Shown here in pieces: positions 11,970 through 25,474 of a stretch of DNA of 64,000 nt. Each line of letters begins with the position of its first letter. The first letter of the stretch is position 1. Both the position numbers and the translations under genes were made by a program. The stretch is from the NCBI GenBank assembly GCA_965261345.1, contig OZ253449.1, positions 128,001 through 192,000 of the forward strand, given 5' to 3'. The stretch is from Chloroflexota bacterium. Its GTDB lineage: Bacteria; Chloroflexota; UBA11872; VXNJ01. The notes below the pieces were generated by a model that saw nothing but the letters and a program-made list of their open reading frames with translations, searched no databases and had not been told where the DNA came from.

Positions 11970-12406
11970 CCATCCCGGACCAGAGTCCGGGTACAGCACC
12001 GCAGCCGCCGGTCGCCGCCTACGAGAAACTGCGCCGCCAGGCGCTCGCTCCCGACGGGGGCTCGGACTGGCGCAGCCTGGCGATCATCCGCCGACGAGGG
12101 ATCCCGGCCTGGCTGGCCCGGCGTCCCGCATCCACGGCCCCGGGGCCATCGTCGCCGCACCGGGCCGGATCGGCCGAACTGCTCGACATCCTGCTGGGAT
12201 TGGCGCTGGGATCGGAGTCCGGCGGTGATCGATCAGATGCAACGCAGGGTGACCGCGCAGCATCTTGCCCGCCGGGCCTTCCTGTACGTGCGGCAGTCAA
12301 CCCTGCGGCAGGTGATGGAGAACCGGGAGAGCACCCGCCGCCAGTACGATCTGCGCCGCCGGGCGCGTTCGCTGGGCTGGGCGCCGGAGCAGATCTGCGT
12401 CATTGA
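11960..12406 (+). CDS. -1-frame extension of the HTH gene (Y4bB-like small helical domain)
   Basis: Open -1 frame from the slippery site: AYEKLRRQAL...LAIIRRRGIPAWL...ELLDILLGLAL; no start codon before the helical segment. Confidence 0.6.
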   Translation, partial: KKLTIPDQSPGTAPQPPVAAYEKLRRQALAPDGGSDWRSLAIIRRRGIPAWLARRPASTAPGPSSPHRAGSAELLDILLGLALGSESGGDRSDATQGDRAASCPPGLPVRAAVNPAAGDGEPGEHPPPVRSAPPGAFAGLGAGADLRH

Positions 12407-14298
12407 CTCGGACCTGGGGCGGTCGGGAGCCGACTCGGACCGCAAGGGTTTCCAGCGTCTGGTCAGCGAGGTGTCGCTGGGGCGGGCCGGGATCGTGCTG
12501 GGCCTGGAGGTCTCGCGCCTGGCGCGCAACAACGCCGACTGGCATCGCCTGCTGGAGCTGTGCGCGCAGTCAGACACATTGATCCTGGACGAGGATGGGA
12601 TCTACAGCCCGGCCCAGTACAACGACCGCCTGCTGCTGGGCCTTAAAGGCACCATGTCGGAGGCCGAGCTGCACGTGATGAAGGCCCGCCTGCTGGGCGG
12701 AGTGCGGGCCAAGGCCGAGCGCGGCGAGCTGCGCTGCCGGCTGCCGGTGGGCTTTGTCTACGATCCGCTGGATAGGGTCGCGCTCGATCCCGACGCCCAG
12801 GTACGCGACACCCTAAAGACGTTCTTTACCGTCTACGAGCGCACCGGTTCGGCGCGGGCGGTGGTCGTCTACTTCAACACTCGCTCGCTCTCCTTCCCGA
12901 CGCGCCCCTACCACGGGCCGCGCAAGGACGAACTCTTCTGGGACCAGCTCACCCACGCGCGCGCCATCCTGGTCCTGTCACAACCCGCGCTACGCCGGAG
13001 CGTTCGCCTGGGGGCGCTATCGCACCCGGCGCGTCAACGGACGCGACCGCAGGGTACGGACGCCCCGGGACGAGTGGAGGGTGCTGATCACCGATCACCA
13101 CCCCGGTTACATCACCTGGGAGCGGTTCGAGCGCAACCAGGAGACGCTCTCGCGGTCGGCCCGTTCCTGGAGGCGCGAGGGCCAGGGCGGTCCGCCGCGC
13201 GAGGGATCGGCGCTCCTGCAGGGCATTGCCGTCTGCGGGAAATGCGGCAAACGCATGACGACCCACTATGACAATCGCGGCCGGCAACTCAGGCCCCGCT
13301 ATGTCTGTCGCCGCGAGGGCGTCGACAAGGGGCTGCCGGTCTGCCAGTCGGTTCCCGGGACGGCGATCGATGCGGCGGTCGCGGAGCTGGTGCTCGAACT
13401 TATGAATCCGCAGATGCTCGAGTTGGCGCTCTCGGCCCAGGACGAGCTGCGGCGGCGCATTCACGAGGCCGATGCATTGCGGGCCAAGGCGGTGCAGCGG
13501 CTGGAGGAGGAGGTCGACCTGGCGGGGCGACGCCATCGGATGGCCGATCCGTCCAACCGCCTGGTAGTCGATGTGCTCGAGGCCGAGTGGAACGCCTGCC
13601 TGCTGCGCCTGCAGGACGCGTCAGACGAGCAGGCCAGGCAGCGCGAGCAGGACCGGGCCGAGCTGAGCGAGCGCCAGCGCAAGCGGATCAAGGCCCTGGC
13701 GACCGACTTCCCGGCGCTCTGGAGCGACCCGGCAACCCCGGCAAAGCAGCGCAAGCGCATGCTTGGCCACCTGATCGCCGATGTGACCATCGTCAAGAGT
13801 GGGGAGATCGGCGTGGGGGTGCGCCTGCGCGGCGGCGCTGACCGCCGGTTTAAGCTTCCCCTGCCGCTGTCGGCAGCCGATCGGTACCGCACCGACCCGG
13901 GCGTGGTTGCCCTGCTCGATCAACTGCTGGCGGATCACTCCTATGCCGAGATCGCCGCGATCCTTAACCAGCGCGGCGTCCGCACCGGGCGTGGCAACGC
14001 CTTCAACGCCAGGAAGGTCTACGTGCTGCGGCGCGATCACGATCTCAAGACCAGGTATGAGCGACGGCGCGATCTGGGTCTGCTCACCGGCCGCGAGGTG
14101 GCGGCGCTCCTGGGTATAGCACCGACTATGGTCAACGGCCTGCGGCGGAGTGGACGCCTGCAGGGCGCAAACACCGGTGGCAACCGCTGGCTTTACGAGA
14201 GGCCCGCCAACCTGGGCGAACTACGATCAAGCATCCGCCGACCGGTCAGATCACCAGCCGACGGTTGCGAGTCGAACGAGGTGCAGTATGCAAGGTGA
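12225..14298 (+). pseudogene. Large serine recombinase (resolvase, recombinase and Zn-ribbon domains) with one extra base at ~12977
   Basis: YVRQST, DLGRSG, EVSRLARN, (H)NPRYAG, CGKCG..M, YVC; removing one T restores VLHNPRYAG, so this may be a sequencing error. Confidence 0.9.
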
Positions 14299-14364
14299 TC
14301 CTTGGCAACGTCGACGCCCACATACACGTCCTCGCGCATGCAAAACTCCCTATAGTTACTCTCA

Positions 14365-14515
14365 GCGCTACGCCCTTCCTTGCAAATTCGGGGTCACGCC
14401 CACCAAGGCAATTGTTCGGGGTCTATGCGCCGGGAGATCCGGGTGCGGCGAGCGTGCTTCATTACGGTCTCAACGGACCAAGGGGAATGCGTCCTACCGC
14501 ACCCGGGACTTCCCA
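14365..14515 (-). ncRNA. Predicted bridge RNA of IS110-A
   Basis: cccgggtgcgg/ccgcacccgg stem enclosing guides that match its own flanks; donor guide acaattgcc matches the right end; boundaries approximate. Confidence 0.8.
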
Positions 14516-14699
14516 TTTGGAACATACAAGGGGAGCAGGCCACGTTGACGGTGGCCGATTCGGGACATATTGACGATTGCGATGGCCGGTGCGCAGCGAG
14601 AAGACGCCCGTCGCGGGGCCCGATCGGCCCCAATCCGGGTCGATCAGCCGGGTCGGTGACGGATGCGGATCAGGTCCGTTCCGACACAAATTGGGCCGG

Positions 14700-15929
14700 T
14701 CATTGATCGGTGACCTCACAGGCCCCGCTTTTTGTGGATATGATTCCCGGGGGCCAATCGGCGTCTAAACGGAACACGCCGCGCACGCATCGCTCTCCAT
14801 CATGCACGACTAATTCGCTGTCTGTGCTCGATGCGTGCCCAAGTGCTCGCAGCTCTTTCGGCACCCGATCATCCACATATGGATTCAAGTAGAGGCAGGC
14901 GGTAGCGTTCGCAACCGTCCATGGGGCAAGATCGCGAAACATCATTAGGCCATTCAACTCACTGTTTCGAATCTGACCCTGATAGTTATCGAACCACAAT
15001 CCTTGCCCGGTTCGAACCATTCCCTCTGGGATCAGTTCGTCGTCTGCGCTGTTCTTCCTCAATCGCAAAGCCTCGGAACCAAACAATGCGGCGATTTCGG
15101 CCCGATTCAAATCGGCGCTCCGTATGTTGGCCGCAACAACCAGCGGATGCTGAAGGCCCGTGTACTTGTGCGACTTCTTGTCGACCGCTTTACGTAGGCC
15201 CATTTCGGGATTCCGATCGGACATTCGCGAAGGAGCAATTACGATCAGCGAACATGTGGATGATCTCGGCACCGCCTCCAATTCGAGGCGCCAGTTACCG
15301 TACTTGATATCGACCGCTATGCAGTGCTTGAAGCCGCTTGCCCAATTCACCGCTTGAGGATCGAGGCTCTTTAACCAATTGATGACGCTACGCCTGATGG
15401 GTTTCAAAGGCGGGGCCATTTTTAGCTCGCCTACAACTCCCACGTGCAATCCGATCCCTGCAGGTGCTTCTTGGCCCAGCTCATTGAGCGTGTTGAGTAC
15501 CGGCTTTTCAAGTGGCGGGGTCGCAAATGGTTGCTCCAGGTACGTAGCCTCAACAAAAGCGGTTCCGCTGGCACCCGAGACTAGGAAATCGGGCGCCGAA
15601 CCGCCGTCGAGTTTCGGCCCAACTTCCACCGACATCCCGAGGCGAAGAAACAATTCGTGCAAGAAGAGCTCAAAAAACGCGCCGTCGTGATTCGTGTCCC
15701 CGCTTCTAAATCGGGCGCGCAAATCACCTCGTGGATCCGGAAACCGCGCATACCAGCGCTCAAGCTCTTCGCGGACGGTCTGCATGTAGCGCTTTGGCGA
15801 ACGATTCACCCTCTCAAACCGCGAAACGGGTTCAATTTCGTCAATCATTTCGGTGCAATCGAGGCGGTCGAATAGATGGCGGGCGTTATTGATTCGAAGG
15901 CGCCTTTCAATTGGTGCGGACGATAGCAA
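14700..15929 (-). CDS. Hypothetical protein with a PD-(D/E)XK-like motif
   Basis: 409-aa ORF; FFELFLHE...APDFLV....AFVEAT; start uncertain. Confidence 0.6.
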   Translation of the reverse strand: MLSSAPIERRLRINNARHLFDRLDCTEMIDEIEPVSRFERVNRSPKRYMQTVREELERWYARFPDPRGDLRARFRSGDTNHDGAFFELFLHELFLRLGMSVEVGPKLDGGSAPDFLVSGASGTAFVEATYLEQPFATPPLEKPVLNTLNELGQEAPAGIGLHVGVVGELKMAPPLKPIRRSVINWLKSLDPQAVNWASGFKHCIAVDIKYGNWRLELEAVPRSSTCSLIVIAPSRMSDRNPEMGLRKAVDKKSHKYTGLQHPLVVAANIRSADLNRAEIAALFGSEALRLRKNSADDELIPEGMVRTGQGLWFDNYQGQIRNSELNGLMMFRDLAPWTVANATACLYLNPYVDDRVPKELRALGHASSTDSELVVHDGERCVRGVFRLDADWPPGIISTKSGACEVTDQ

Positions 15930-16633
15930 GCCTAACGCCGGTTACACGAATATCGTGTGGAATCATCGGCTTTTTCGTGGCTGAAATGGTGATGGACGAT
16001 CTTGCAATTCGACGGGGGCCACGCCCGAATATTGATTCACCAAATCTCGCGACATCATCGTGATACTCGCCAGTGGACCTCGACGGTCAACACCTGGAAG
16101 TGACTGAAGGCAATCACGCATCGAATCTGCGACCAGATTCCTCAAAACGATTAAGTCCTATGGCAAATTTGGGTAGATTTAATTTGCGGTATCGAACCAT
16201 TGGATTTCTCGCGCAATATCTCCTGGTCGGGAGCGCGCAGGTTGCTACATGATTTCCGCTGCTGCTTACCGACGCCTATTGAAGGTTCGATCGCACATTT
16301 GCGGCCGACACCATACCAATGAATCTTGCGGCTCAAATCGGGCGGCGGGCAGCGTTAGCGACCTGGACGTCAAGTCGAGGTCGTGGAAGGGCATTCCCGG
16401 CGACGACATGGCCGTGTTGCGCTTTGGGCGCACGGGTGTGAACGTTGGCAGATTGACGATAATAGGAGTTAAGTCTACGCCCCGGACGATTTCACGTTAA
16501 TCCGCACGACCTTTGAAAACTGGGCAATTGCTGGCTTACAACTTTTTACTGAGGACGAATCCCTTCATCTGTACCACAAGCAGCGCGAATTCACATCTAG
16601 GTCATTTCAAGAAATGCGAGAGGTTGTTTCGAA

Positions 16634-17992
16634 TTAAGCGCTTTGCTTTGAGCGAGTCAATAACGCGTCGACGGCAAGTCGTTGGTCGGCGTCAGCTTTA
16701 CCGCCTGGGAAGAGCACGCCTTCGTCAACCAGTACTTGTGTTGGGTCTCGCTTATCCGTAGGGTCTGACCAGTTGAAGTTGTCTGAAACCGATCCGTCGG
16801 AATTAAGCACTCTGTACCCCCCGGAGCAATCCCCGCATGTGGCAATGTGTCTCCCGACAGCAATAGGAGAACTCTCAACCAACTTGGCCAAATCGCCGTA
16901 CGTAGTCCACTCCCCAGATCGCACTTCGTTCAGTAGTTTGTGAAGTGCATCCCAATCCCGCCTAATTCCCCGGGCCCAACTAAACCCCGCCAATTCAGCG
17001 AGCGACTTCCCGCTCCTCGATTGCCAAGCTTCGGGCCCGTTGATAACAGCGAGCAATTCTCCTGTGGCCCTTACTCCGATTTCCTTTGCCAGTCCGGTTG
17101 GACTCCAATTCTTGCCGTCGATCGACCAAGTCAATGGCAAGCGGGAGTGGTTACGCCATGTTGCTAAGGCTCGCCCCGGCTTTTCTGCCAGCCAGTTAGC
17201 GATTTTTGGCCGCATTCTCACCGGGAAAGCTTCGACAACCAAGTCTAATTGCACACCATCGTCAAGCAAGCCGCCGTCAACAATTTTCTTGGTTGCAGTT
17301 GCCTCTCGACGGCTACGCGTCCTCTCCCGAACACCCCCTGGCGGTACTGGATTAACGACGAATTCTTCGGCATCGGGAATAGGCCACGTTTGCGATACCG
17401 TGAGCACGATTTCTTTACCAGTTTTCCAGGCGCCAAATTCGATTAGCGACACATCTATTCCCATTTCTGTCAACCACACGGCGCTTGCCGAGACCTGTGG
17501 TGGGAAGCCCTCCGCCATCAAAATGATCCTGGGTCGTTTCAGTAATTCAGGATCGAAATCTCCTCCGATGTGGTCCTCGAGAATTCCGCGGGCTTCGTCT
17601 TCACTGACCTGTGATTCACCAACGTCAGTCAGGTATCGGGCGTGACAGGCAGCAAGCGTCGAGGAATTGAACCGGCTCGCCATGGCTGCATATTTGATCG
17701 CTTGAGTCTCCACAAAATCGGGAGCCAATCCACGCTTCAATTCGGTTACAACGAGTCTTCCGTCCTCGTCGATCCCCAACAGGTCAAGGCGATCTAGCGG
17801 TCGGCTATTGCGACTTTGCCAAGAACTGAATTCGAGGGCAACTATACGCACTGAGTCGCCAAGTATTTTTGGATTTTCTCGGACCCACTCTTGCAAGTGT
17901 GTTCGTTCGCGAAAACCCGCATCCGCTAGCGAAATTCGCTGTGAGGGTAGAGCATTTCCCGATTCAATCGTGAAGACTTGTTCGTCTCCCAA
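16634..17992 (-). CDS. NucS-like endonuclease fused to RAMA-like and ATL/MGMT DNA-binding domains
   Basis: E.HLQEW, LDLLGID..G.LVVTELKR, QAIKYA; SPTGLA...NGPEAW...GKSLAEL; GEWTTYGDLA...AVG...YRVLNSDG. Confidence 0.75.
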   Translation of the reverse strand: MGDEQVFTIESGNALPSQRISLADAGFRERTHLQEWVRENPKILGDSVRIVALEFSSWQSRNSRPLDRLDLLGIDEDGRLVVTELKRGLAPDFVETQAIKYAAMASRFNSSTLAACHARYLTDVGESQVSEDEARGILEDHIGGDFDPELLKRPRIILMAEGFPPQVSASAVWLTEMGIDVSLIEFGAWKTGKEIVLTVSQTWPIPDAEEFVVNPVPPGGVRERTRSRREATATKKIVDGGLLDDGVQLDLVVEAFPVRMRPKIANWLAEKPGRALATWRNHSRLPLTWSIDGKNWSPTGLAKEIGVRATGELLAVINGPEAWQSRSGKSLAELAGFSWARGIRRDWDALHKLLNEVRSGEWTTYGDLAKLVESSPIAVGRHIATCGDCSGGYRVLNSDGSVSDNFNWSDPTDKRDPTQVLVDEGVLFPGGKADADQRLAVDALLTRSKQSA

Positions 17993-18338
17993 GTTAAATC
18001 CCCTTTGACCAACTGCGCGGTAGATTCGGTCCGCAGAAATTCATTGCCAAACCGATTATTGGCCAACGAGTTGGATTCATTCTGGCCCACGACAACGATG
18101 CGCTTGTAACCGTAGCAATCGTCTTGAATGTCAAATGCGTAGAGGTGGGATGAGAGGGGTCCGGGGGAGATAGGGGAGGAGATATCCAGCGCCCCGACCG
18201 CGGTTCATAGCGAACGCAGCCCCGATCGGGCTCGATCGAGAAGCGGTAACCGGATGCGGAATCGCCGCGAGAGCCCGATCCCGGACAAGGGCTTCGCCCG
18301 GGACCTTGCTCGCAGAGCGGTCGGGACCTACAAGGCGT

Positions 18339-20525
<2,187 letters not shown>

Positions 20526-20987
20526 GGGATCCCACTTGATCGCGTCGTAACCCATCTCGACCATGCTCAGTGCGGCTGCCGCGCCCTCGGCGGGATCGGT
20601 CGTCCCTCGCTTGAACCAACCGTTGGCGTAGGTGCGCAGGCGATCGCGGACCTTGCCGCCGAGGAGTTCGTATACGGGAACCCCCAGGGCCTTGCCCTTA
20701 ATGTCCCATAGCGCCTGGTCGATACCGGCGAGCGCCGACATGCTCACCGCCCCACCGCTCCAATAGGTCCCGCGGTGAATAGCCAACCAGATTTTTTCAA
20801 TCTGCATCGGGTCGCGGCCGATAAGGCCCTTGGCCAGTTCAGTCACCTCGGCCCGGACTGATGTTTCGCGGTTTTCGGTGCTGGCTTCCCCCCAGCCGGT
20901 GATCCCGGCATCGGTTTCGATCTTGATAAATAGCCAGTTGTGGTGGCCGCCGGCGGTGACGATGGTGGAGATATTGCTGATCAGCAT
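20526..20987 (-). pseudogene. Mandelate racemase/galactonate dehydratase-like enzyme, N-terminal part, truncated by IS110-C
   Basis: KIETDAGITGWGE, GIDQALWDIKGKALGVPVYELLGG, YANGW; cut at KWDP. Confidence 0.88.
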
Positions 20988-21279
20988 TGCGTTTCGGCTC
21001 GCATTGGCGTTGGTGGACCCGCCTCAAATTATTGGGCCAATATGCCGCCACCGCATCGCTTTCGCAGCGCCGCGGCTAAGGGGTAGCCAATTTTCCCGGC
21101 AGAATCCGATGGCGACGCAACGGTTCGCCGGCCAGCCTGGCCGATCGGGGCATACATGTACGGAAAGTGCGGCGTGTTTACGACGCGCCGTATCGCCGGA
21201 ATCCGTGGCTGCAAAGAATTTGCGATGGTTGTCTCGGAATTGATTCGCACAGTGCATCAATCAATCGCCCACAAAAGGT

Positions 21280-21951
21280 TCATCCACTCTCGCGCCTAGA
21301 TCCCGGATTTGCGAGCCAGGCAAAGTCGAAGTCGGTGAGGCGGTCGATAGCGTAGTCGGCGGCGGAGACGCCCATTCCGGCGGTGGACTCGGTTCGGACG
21401 GCAACGGCGATCATGCCGGCGGCTTTGGCCGAAGCGATGCCGGAAGGGGTGTCATCTAAGGTGAGATATCGCTCCGGGGGTATGCCGAGCTTTTCAGCGG
21501 AGAGCAGGTAGAGGTCGGGGGCGGGCTTGGTGGCGGCGACCATGTCCGAGGTGGCAATGGCCTCAAAAGCGTCGGCGACGCCAAGCCGATTGAGGATGAT
21601 ATCGGCCCATTTAGTTGTGGATCCCGTGGCCAGGCCGATTCGGACGCCCCGTTCCTTAAGACCGGCGAGCAGCCATCCGAGGCCCTCGGCGGCGACGGCG
21701 TTGGCGGCGAGTATTTCGGCTACGGCATCGTCGTAAGCGGGAATCCAGTCGTCGACATTCCCAGCGAGGTTGAAACGGTCGATTAAGAAGAGCCAGGTGT
21801 ACCTGAGGCTCCTGCCCATCACAGCGCGGTGGTCATCGTCGGTGGGGGTGAGACCTTCCTGCCTCAGGACAACGTTTATGGCCTGGGCGTAGAGAGGTTC
21901 GCTATCGGTGATGACTCCGTCCATGTCAAAGATGACGGCGTGTTCGATCAA
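21280..21951 (-). CDS. HAD-family phosphatase (beta-PGM/CbbY-like)
   Basis: FDMDGVITDSE, KPAPDLY, DDTPSGI. Confidence 0.9.
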   Translation of the reverse strand: MIEHAVIFDMDGVITDSEPLYAQAINVVLRQEGLTPTDDDHRAVMGRSLRYTWLFLIDRFNLAGNVDDWIPAYDDAVAEILAANAVAAEGLGWLLAGLKERGVRIGLATGSTTKWADIILNRLGVADAFEAIATSDMVAATKPAPDLYLLSAEKLGIPPERYLTLDDTPSGIASAKAAGMIAVAVRTESTAGMGVSAADYAIDRLTDFDFAWLANPGSRRESG

Positions 21952-22044
21952 GAAATCTCGTGGGTGTACAACGGGGTCTTTAAGCCCTGAAAGAGCTCAC
22001 TGAACGACCATTCAATTGGATTACGAGGGTATTGCAGCAGCCTT

Positions 22045-22464
22045 TCACAGCACCCGGAAGCCCTCCAGCTGCGCGGCTATTGCCAATCGATCATCGTTGG
22101 TCACAAAGTCGAGAGTTTCCGGCGTGTTGTCGGCAGCAATTAGGGCAGCTGCCAACTGCAATGCATCTGCGGCGCGCAAAGAGTGGATCCGAAGAAGTCT
22201 CATTGCGATTCGTCGCACTTGGTCGACTGGGGGAATTTGGACCCAGTGCGTTGCAAAGTGGTCCAGATTTGACACCAATTGGGTAAGGGTGGCAACGTCA
22301 ATCAATTGCTCTCGCTGGAGCCGATTCAACGCAGAAGCGCACTCCACCAAACTCCCCCACCATGTAACAACGCCTCGATCACTCCGAAGTACCTCTCGCC
22401 TTGCAGTGCTGGTCGATTCGTTGACCAAAAGGGGCAATAGGCCGGACGAGTCCCAATATTTCAC
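22045..22464 (-). CDS. vapC: VapC PIN-domain toxin
   Basis: YWDSS, LRAADALQLAAA, FVTND. Confidence 0.88.
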   Translation of the reverse strand: MKYWDSSGLLPLLVNESTSTARREVLRSDRGVVTWWGSLVECASALNRLQREQLIDVATLTQLVSNLDHFATHWVQIPPVDQVRRIAMRLLRIHSLRAADALQLAAALIAADNTPETLDFVTNDDRLAIAAQLEGFRVL

Positions 22465-22769
22465 CGGGATTCCCCACGCTCCTCAACGATGTAATCGCTG
22501 GCGTCGACGCCTTCAGGAAGGTTCGGGCGAGGAGTGGCGAGGAATCTCTCAACGTCAATTAAATTCCGCGGAGGAACTGCCAATCCTCTGGCCGCCAATG
22601 ATTTGACCCGGTCGCCGTCTGGCACATCGGCCAGACTGCATGGGTCGATTCGCGCCACTGGCTTGCCGCGGTGAGTGATAACTACGGTCTCGCCTTGCCG
22701 AACTTCTTCGATCAGTGCGCTCAAGCTGGCACGGGCTTGGCTCACGCTCACATTCTTCATCTGTACCAA
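22461..22769 (-). CDS. Phd/YefM antitoxin
   Basis: VSVSQARASLSALI..V..GE.VVITHRGKPVARI. Confidence 0.88.
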   Translation of the reverse strand: MVQMKNVSVSQARASLSALIEEVRQGETVVITHRGKPVARIDPCSLADVPDGDRVKSLAARGLAVPPRNLIDVERFLATPRPNLPEGVDASDYIVEERGESR

Positions 22770-23210
22770 TAGGCTTTTACGTGTTAGCTAAATACGCTCA
22801 CAGTAATTGTAGTGACAGAACTTGAGGCGTGAGATCCAATGCGGATTCGCCGGTTTATTGAGCTTGGCAACAGCGTCGAAATCCGGGGTGCCGCAATCGG
22901 GATGCGCCGGCAAGTTCAGCCCTCTATTGACGCTAATTGCCTTGAGGTGCCGAGCAATCTCAATTGGGTCGAATCCCGACGAATCGGAGGGTTGCGAACT
23001 GAATTGAACGAATCATTGTTGTAATGATTAGGTTGAATGCGATGGTCAAGACCCTGGAGTCAATCCGCTTGACGGCGGCCTGCGGCGCAATGCCTAGGGA
23101 TGGCGTGTGGTGCAACAGCACTTTGTTGGAACCCTGGAAACGTTACGATTCTGTGAAGTAACTGATAAAGACTCGGGTCAATTGGACCCGACGCTGAGGC
23201 AGGGCCAGTC

Positions 23211-23828
23211 ATGAGCAGCGTCATTTACTGCCTCCAGAACCCGGCAATGCCGGACCTTGTCAAGATTGGCAAAACCTCTATTGACATCGAGCAAAGACTG
23301 CGCTCGCTCGACAATACGAGCATCCTTCTGCCGTTTGAATGCGTTCTCGCGTTAGAGGTGGAAGCGTCTGATGAAGCCGAGCGCTTGTTGCACGAAGTTT
23401 TCGGCGACCACCGGATCGGCAAAGCCCGCGAGTTCTTTGCGGCAAACCCAAGTCGAGTAATGGCAGCTATGCGTCTTATCAAGGGCGTTGACGTAACGCC
23501 GACGCCTGATTACTCTGACGATCCAGATACTGGCCGCGCGGTTGAGGCAGCTCACAAGATCCGGGAGGCGTTTAACTTCCGGATGGTTGGCATCGAACCG
23601 GGTACCGAAATCTATTTCCGAGCCAACGCCGACGATGACGGATCGATTACGGCCACAGTCCACTCTCCCAATCGCATCGTTTTTGAAGGCGAGCAAACCT
23701 CGCTATCAGCCGCTGCCATAAGAATCCAACAAGGCCGTGGATACAAAGGAAGTAGCGCTGCGGGGCCAAGCTATTGATATATAGATAGCGAATCCTTAGA
23801 CGAGCGCCGCAGCCGCATGGGACGTTAA
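23211..23828 (+). pseudogene. T5orf172/GIY-YIG nuclease with a RAMA-like C-terminus and a premature TGA at 23775
   Basis: IYCLQNPAMPDLVKIGKT...REFF; TSLSAAA...GPSY*YIDSESLDERR. Confidence 0.75.
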
Positions 23829-24313
23829 GGGGTAGATTCCAACATCGACCCAGGTGTGGCTTTCGGCTCGCTACAGCGGCAATCGCCTACTGTCATCGAT
23901 GAGCGGTGAGCAAACCACTGCGCCGTGGTCGGATATGCCTTGCCCAGCTCCAATCAACGGAGCTAGCGTGAGCTTCTCTGGGTGTGATTCGAATTCCTCG
24001 TCTGAATCGATCGAAGCGTCGACAGCCGCCTCGGTTTCCCTCAGCGCGGGCGAAAACCTCCAGCATGCGGCAGCATACGACCGCAAATGCATGCCCGCCG
24101 ACCAGACCAATTAATTTTTCGGTAGCACCCAATCGAAGGGGCGTAAGCTGATCTCGACCGATTGTGACCGGCTTGGCCAAACGGCGAATCGGGGCTCCAA
24201 AACCGCTACCGGCGCCCCGGGCGGAGGCGCCCATCGCGCTTCGACGGACCGGGGCGCTTGATGTACAGTTTGGAAAGTACCTGCCATAACGTAAAGGTGT
24301 CCAGGAGGAAGCA

Positions 24314-25474
24314 GTGGGGGAAGCTGGGTCTGCATACCGGCCGCTGGCGGAAATGCGCCAGGATCTGCGCGTCAAGTGGTATCGCTGCCCAATTGAGCAC
24401 CGCGTCTTGCGGGAACTCTCGCGGCGCAGCGATTTAAAGGGGTTTGCCCAGGCCGGTGGACATCTCGCCCTCTTTCTGGCCACCGGCGCGCTGACCTATT
24501 TCCTGTGGTTGCAGGAAATATGGATTGCGTTTCTGGCGGCGCTGTTCTTGCACGGAACGGTAGCCAGCTTCTGGAATGGGGTCGCCGGCCACGAGTTAAC
24601 GCACGGCTCGGTTTTCAAGACCAAGTGGCTAAACAAGCTATTCCTATATACGTTCACCACCATCAGTTGGTTCGACCCGTTCGATTACTCCGCCAGCCAT
24701 ACCTATCACCACCGCTACACCCTTCACCCCGAGGGCGATCGCGAAGTCCTGTTGCCGCAAAGCCCCACCGTTGGCAGGACTTTCCTGATCCAGCTATTAA
24801 CCGTGAATCTCTTCACCCATCCCGGACGCTCGCTTTCCAAGGGCGGGCTGATCGCAACCATCCTGTGCACGGCCCGCTCGGCCCTGGGGCCGGCCGGCTC
24901 GAATTTGTTCTTTCACAACGAGTGGCTCGATTCGGTGCACCGGGACCAACCGCGCCAGCATATGCGATCTGCCTGGTTCTCACGCTGGCAACTCCTTTTC
25001 CACAGTGCGGTGCTGGTGGTCTCGATCGCGACCGGCCAATGGGTGTGGGTGCTCCTGCTCAGCGTGGCCTCGTATATCGGAAACTGGGGTCGTTACGCCT
25101 GCGTGATGGCGCAGCACTGCGGTCTCATGGACAACACGCCCGACTTCCGCAAGTGCGTGCGCTCGATGACCATGATCTGGCCGCTGGAATTTCTTTACTG
25201 GAACATGAACTGGCACCTTGAGCACCACATGTACGCCGGCGTGCCGTGCTACAACCTCAAGAAACTGCACAAGGCAATCGCCCACGACATGCCCAAGCCG
25301 CGCACCCTGGTCAGCGCCTGGCGGGAGATGCGCCATGTATGGGACCGCCAGCAGGAAGACCCGGACTACCAGTTCGACACTCCCCTGCCGGAAGGGGCCG
25401 GGCGGGTCGGCCGCGACAAATCAAATGCGCTTGAGGCTTCAATCGGCGATTTGGCGCCCAAAGAGCTGGCCTGA
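24314..25474 (+). CDS. Membrane fatty-acid desaturase family protein
   Basis: His boxes HELTH, HTYHH, HLEHH. Confidence 0.9.
   Translation: MGEAGSAYRPLAEMRQDLRVKWYRCPIEHRVLRELSRRSDLKGFAQAGGHLALFLATGALTYFLWLQEIWIAFLAALFLHGTVASFWNGVAGHELTHGSVFKTKWLNKLFLYTFTTISWFDPFDYSASHTYHHRYTLHPEGDREVLLPQSPTVGRTFLIQLLTVNLFTHPGRSLSKGGLIATILCTARSALGPAGSNLFFHNEWLDSVHRDQPRQHMRSAWFSRWQLLFHSAVLVVSIATGQWVWVLLLSVASYIGNWGRYACVMAQHCGLMDNTPDFRKCVRSMTMIWPLEFLYWNMNWHLEHHMYAGVPCYNLKKLHKAIAHDMPKPRTLVSAWREMRHVWDRQQEDPDYQFDTPLPEGAGRVGRDKSNALEASIGDLAPKELA

Noticed and set aside
15963-16600. Short ORFs between the nuclease genes
   Set aside because: No motif, RBS or consistent frame
23095-23140. tRNA-like 5' sequence
   Set aside because: No T-arm or complete cloverleaf
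23775-23777. TGA=Trp genetic code or selenocysteine recoding
   Set aside because: TGA is a normal stop in many intact genes here; a single substitution is simpler
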